Below are positions 62,708-64,000 of a stretch of DNA of 64,000 bases, in pieces (the stretch's first letter is position 1; each line of letters opens with the position of its first letter). The DNA lies in assembly GCA_964606485.1 (NCBI GenBank), contig CAZSGP010000003.1, forward strand, positions 194,481-258,480, written 5' to 3'. The position numbers and the translations under genes were made by a program. The notes below the pieces were generated by a model. That model did not search any database and was not told the DNA's origin. It saw nothing but the letters and a program-made list of their open reading frames with translations. The DNA comes from an uncultured Planctomycetia bacterium (GTDB lineage: Bacteria; Omnitrophota; Gorgyraeia; 2-02-FULL-51-18).

Positions 62708-64000
62708 GCTTTTTAATTTCTTCGTAAGCGGCGGCTATCAGAGTGTCGGATTTTGAATCTGCTTTAATCGTATACAGACGGTCATCGATTGGAAAAATTC
62801 CAATTCGTCCACCAACAATCTTCCCAGAACGAATCACCGGTGTTGCCGTTGCGCAGCCTAACCCATAATGTGCTTCATAAAGCGGGTTTTTATGCTCACG
62901 CGTCTTAAAGCCTTCTCCGATTTGCGAAAATGAACCGTGCGTATCGCGAGCCCATACGTTTTGGTAATCACAGTAACCTACAAACACCGTATCAAGTCCT
63001 TTGTGCTGAAGATCGACGATTAATTCGTCAAAAAGTCCTTTGGGCCGGAAAGGATAAAGATAGTTCACCGTTAGAATGGCTTCAGGGTAGTTTCCGGTTT
63101 TCTCGATCTCAGTTAAAGCAAAGCTCACTGCGTCTTCCATAGTCTTTTCGCCGGATTCCAGCCAGCTTGGCCTCTGAATAAAAAAAATACCGGAGCGCTC
63201 GGCAAGCTTCCTCACATCAGCATTTTCTGAAAGCACATAAATGGATTTTGCGTATTTAGATTGTTTGAGATTTTCAATTGTTTCCGCTAGTAACGCGTGG
63301 CCGGCTGCTTCTCTGGGCTTGCCCAGCACCGGAAGAACTGCCGCCACGTTGCATTGCCCCGCCTTCCACGAATCAGGCATCGCGTTAATCGTGTCGCCTT
63401 CGAAACGTTCGATCACGGACACCACGCTTTTGGCGCGCTGAGGGTTATTATCCTGGTGGATGCCATGATGATGGAAAACGGCGGCCTCCGGCTCATATAC
63501 AATTTTGTATCCTGCTTCGATGACGGCCTTACCCCAGATCCGATCTTCGATATTCGTTGCCGCTTCATCGAATGGCATTTTTTCCCAAACACTGCGACGA
63601 AACATGCTGTTAGCGTTGTGAAAAAAGTAGTCCTTCACCTGAACTCGGCGGTCAAGACCAAACGTAATAAGAAGATCTCTTTTATCGGAAGGTTCGCTGA
63701 ACGAAACCGGCAGCTGCCGTCCATAAACACCCGCCACCGACGCCTCATCAAAATTTTTAAGCAAGTTTGAAAGCCATTTCTCATCTTTAGGAACGCAGTG
63801 CGCGGAAAGGCAGACCAAAAACTCACCCTTAGACTTGCGGATGCCGGCATTAATCGCCGCGCCGGGTCTAAATTCGGTGAGCGCGACTACTTGAGCCAGC
63901 GGAAACCGCTTGGCGGCCTCGACCGTACCATCCGTACTGCCGCTATCGACCAGAATCACCTCGACGTCCTTACGGTCCTGCGCAAAAACCATTTTTAGGC
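62697..64000 (-). CDS. Fusion protein with an N-terminal GT2 glycosyltransferase domain and a C-terminal CMP-sugar (NeuA/KdsB-type) cytidylyltransferase-like domain. The 5' end is probably beyond the window (partial).
   Basis: The N-terminus is ...VEVILVDSGSTDGTVEAAKRF... . The GT2 fold starts without its first roughly 40 residues, so the gene likely continues past 64000. The C-terminal half NVAAVLPVLGK...IYVLSENADVRKLAERSGIFFIQRP...ILTVNYLYPFRPKGLFDELIVDL matches the CTP_transf_3 pattern. Confidence 0.55.
   Translation of the reverse strand, partial: LKMVFAQDRKDVEVILVDSGSTDGTVEAAKRFPLAQVVALTEFRPGAAINAGIRKSKGEFLVCLSAHCVPKDEKWLSNLLKNFDEASVAGVYGRQLPVSFSEPSDKRDLLITFGLDRRVQVKDYFFHNANSMFRRSVWEKMPFDEAATNIEDRIWGKAVIEAGYKIVYEPEAAVFHHHGIHQDNNPQRAKSVVSVIERFEGDTINAMPDSWKAGQCNVAAVLPVLGKPREAAGHALLAETIENLKQSKYAKSIYVLSENADVRKLAERSGIFFIQRPSWLESGEKTMEDAVSFALTEIEKTGNYPEAILTVNYLYPFRPKGLFDELIVDLQHKGLDTVFVGYCDYQNVWARDTHGSFSQIGEGFKTREHKNPLYEAHYGLGCATATPVIRSGKIVGGRIGIFPIDDRLYTIKADSKSDTLIAAAYEEIKKRDR

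Noticed and set aside
1-64000. CRISPR arrays, rRNA, IS elements, integrases, toxin-antitoxin pairs
   Set aside because: No regularly spaced direct repeats, no rRNA-like conserved stretches and no transposase- or integrase-like ORFs were seen on either strand. The intergenic space is minimal throughout.

Overview
This 64 kb window is a gene-dense chromosomal segment from a diderm (Gram-negative-type) bacterium. About 70 protein genes are present, almost all on the minus strand, plus one tRNA-Gly(CCC). I found no CRISPR array, rRNA, transposase or integrase. Contents by region: (i) Positions 1-8.1 kb hold housekeeping and central metabolism: a porin-like outer-membrane protein (partial), nadE, a PTPS/QueD-fold protein, folE, yajQ, sucD, sucC, mdh and a GatB/YqeY protein. 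(ii) Positions 8.1-14.2 kb hold a cell-envelope block: small secreted proteins, a large FecR-domain secreted protein paired divergently with a beta-barrel outer-membrane protein, a secreted HExxH metallopeptidase-like protein, and an M23 peptidase. (iii) Positions 14.7-20.8 kb hold the most unusual locus: a seven-gene co-directional operon transcribed from a near-leaderless sigma70 promoter and bounded upstream by a terminator. In transcription order it encodes an HTH (excisionase-family) protein, a PilZ protein, a lysine-rich small protein, a second PilZ protein, a cNMP-binding-domain/patatin phospholipase, a long-chain acyl-CoA ligase and an alpha/beta-hydrolase (lysophospholipase-like). I read this as a putative cyclic-nucleotide/c-di-GMP-gated lipid-remodelling module. 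(iv) Next are an orphan ExeA/GspA-like ATPase with a GspB-like partner, aroB, csaA, a SPOR protein, and a translationally coupled trio beside the tRNA-Gly: an Arch_ATPase/DUF234 ATPase, a dGTPase-like HD hydrolase, and a GAF protein whose HD-GYP domain has lost its metal ligands but keeps the GYP motif. (v) Positions 30-47 kb hold ADP-heptose genes (gmhA, hldC, a PfkB kinase, gmhB), thiE, a likely PPi-dependent PFK, accBC, efp, pepP, tandem GalT-like paralogs (one missing the nucleophile His) next to a CBS protein, fmt, def, priA and udg. (vi) Positions 47-64 kb hold a large LPS core/O-antigen cluster. It has four GT9 heptosyltransferases, three WaaE-like GT2 paralogs, three GT4s, an O-antigen ligase, a WbaP-like priming transferase, wecB, a methyltransferase and, at the window edge, a GT2-cytidylyltransferase fusion. 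A recurring TATAAT-like -10 box 6-8 nt upstream of the start codon, with no Shine-Dalgarno sequence, suggests frequent leaderless transcripts. All functional calls come from reading motifs in the supplied translations by eye. No database search was run.
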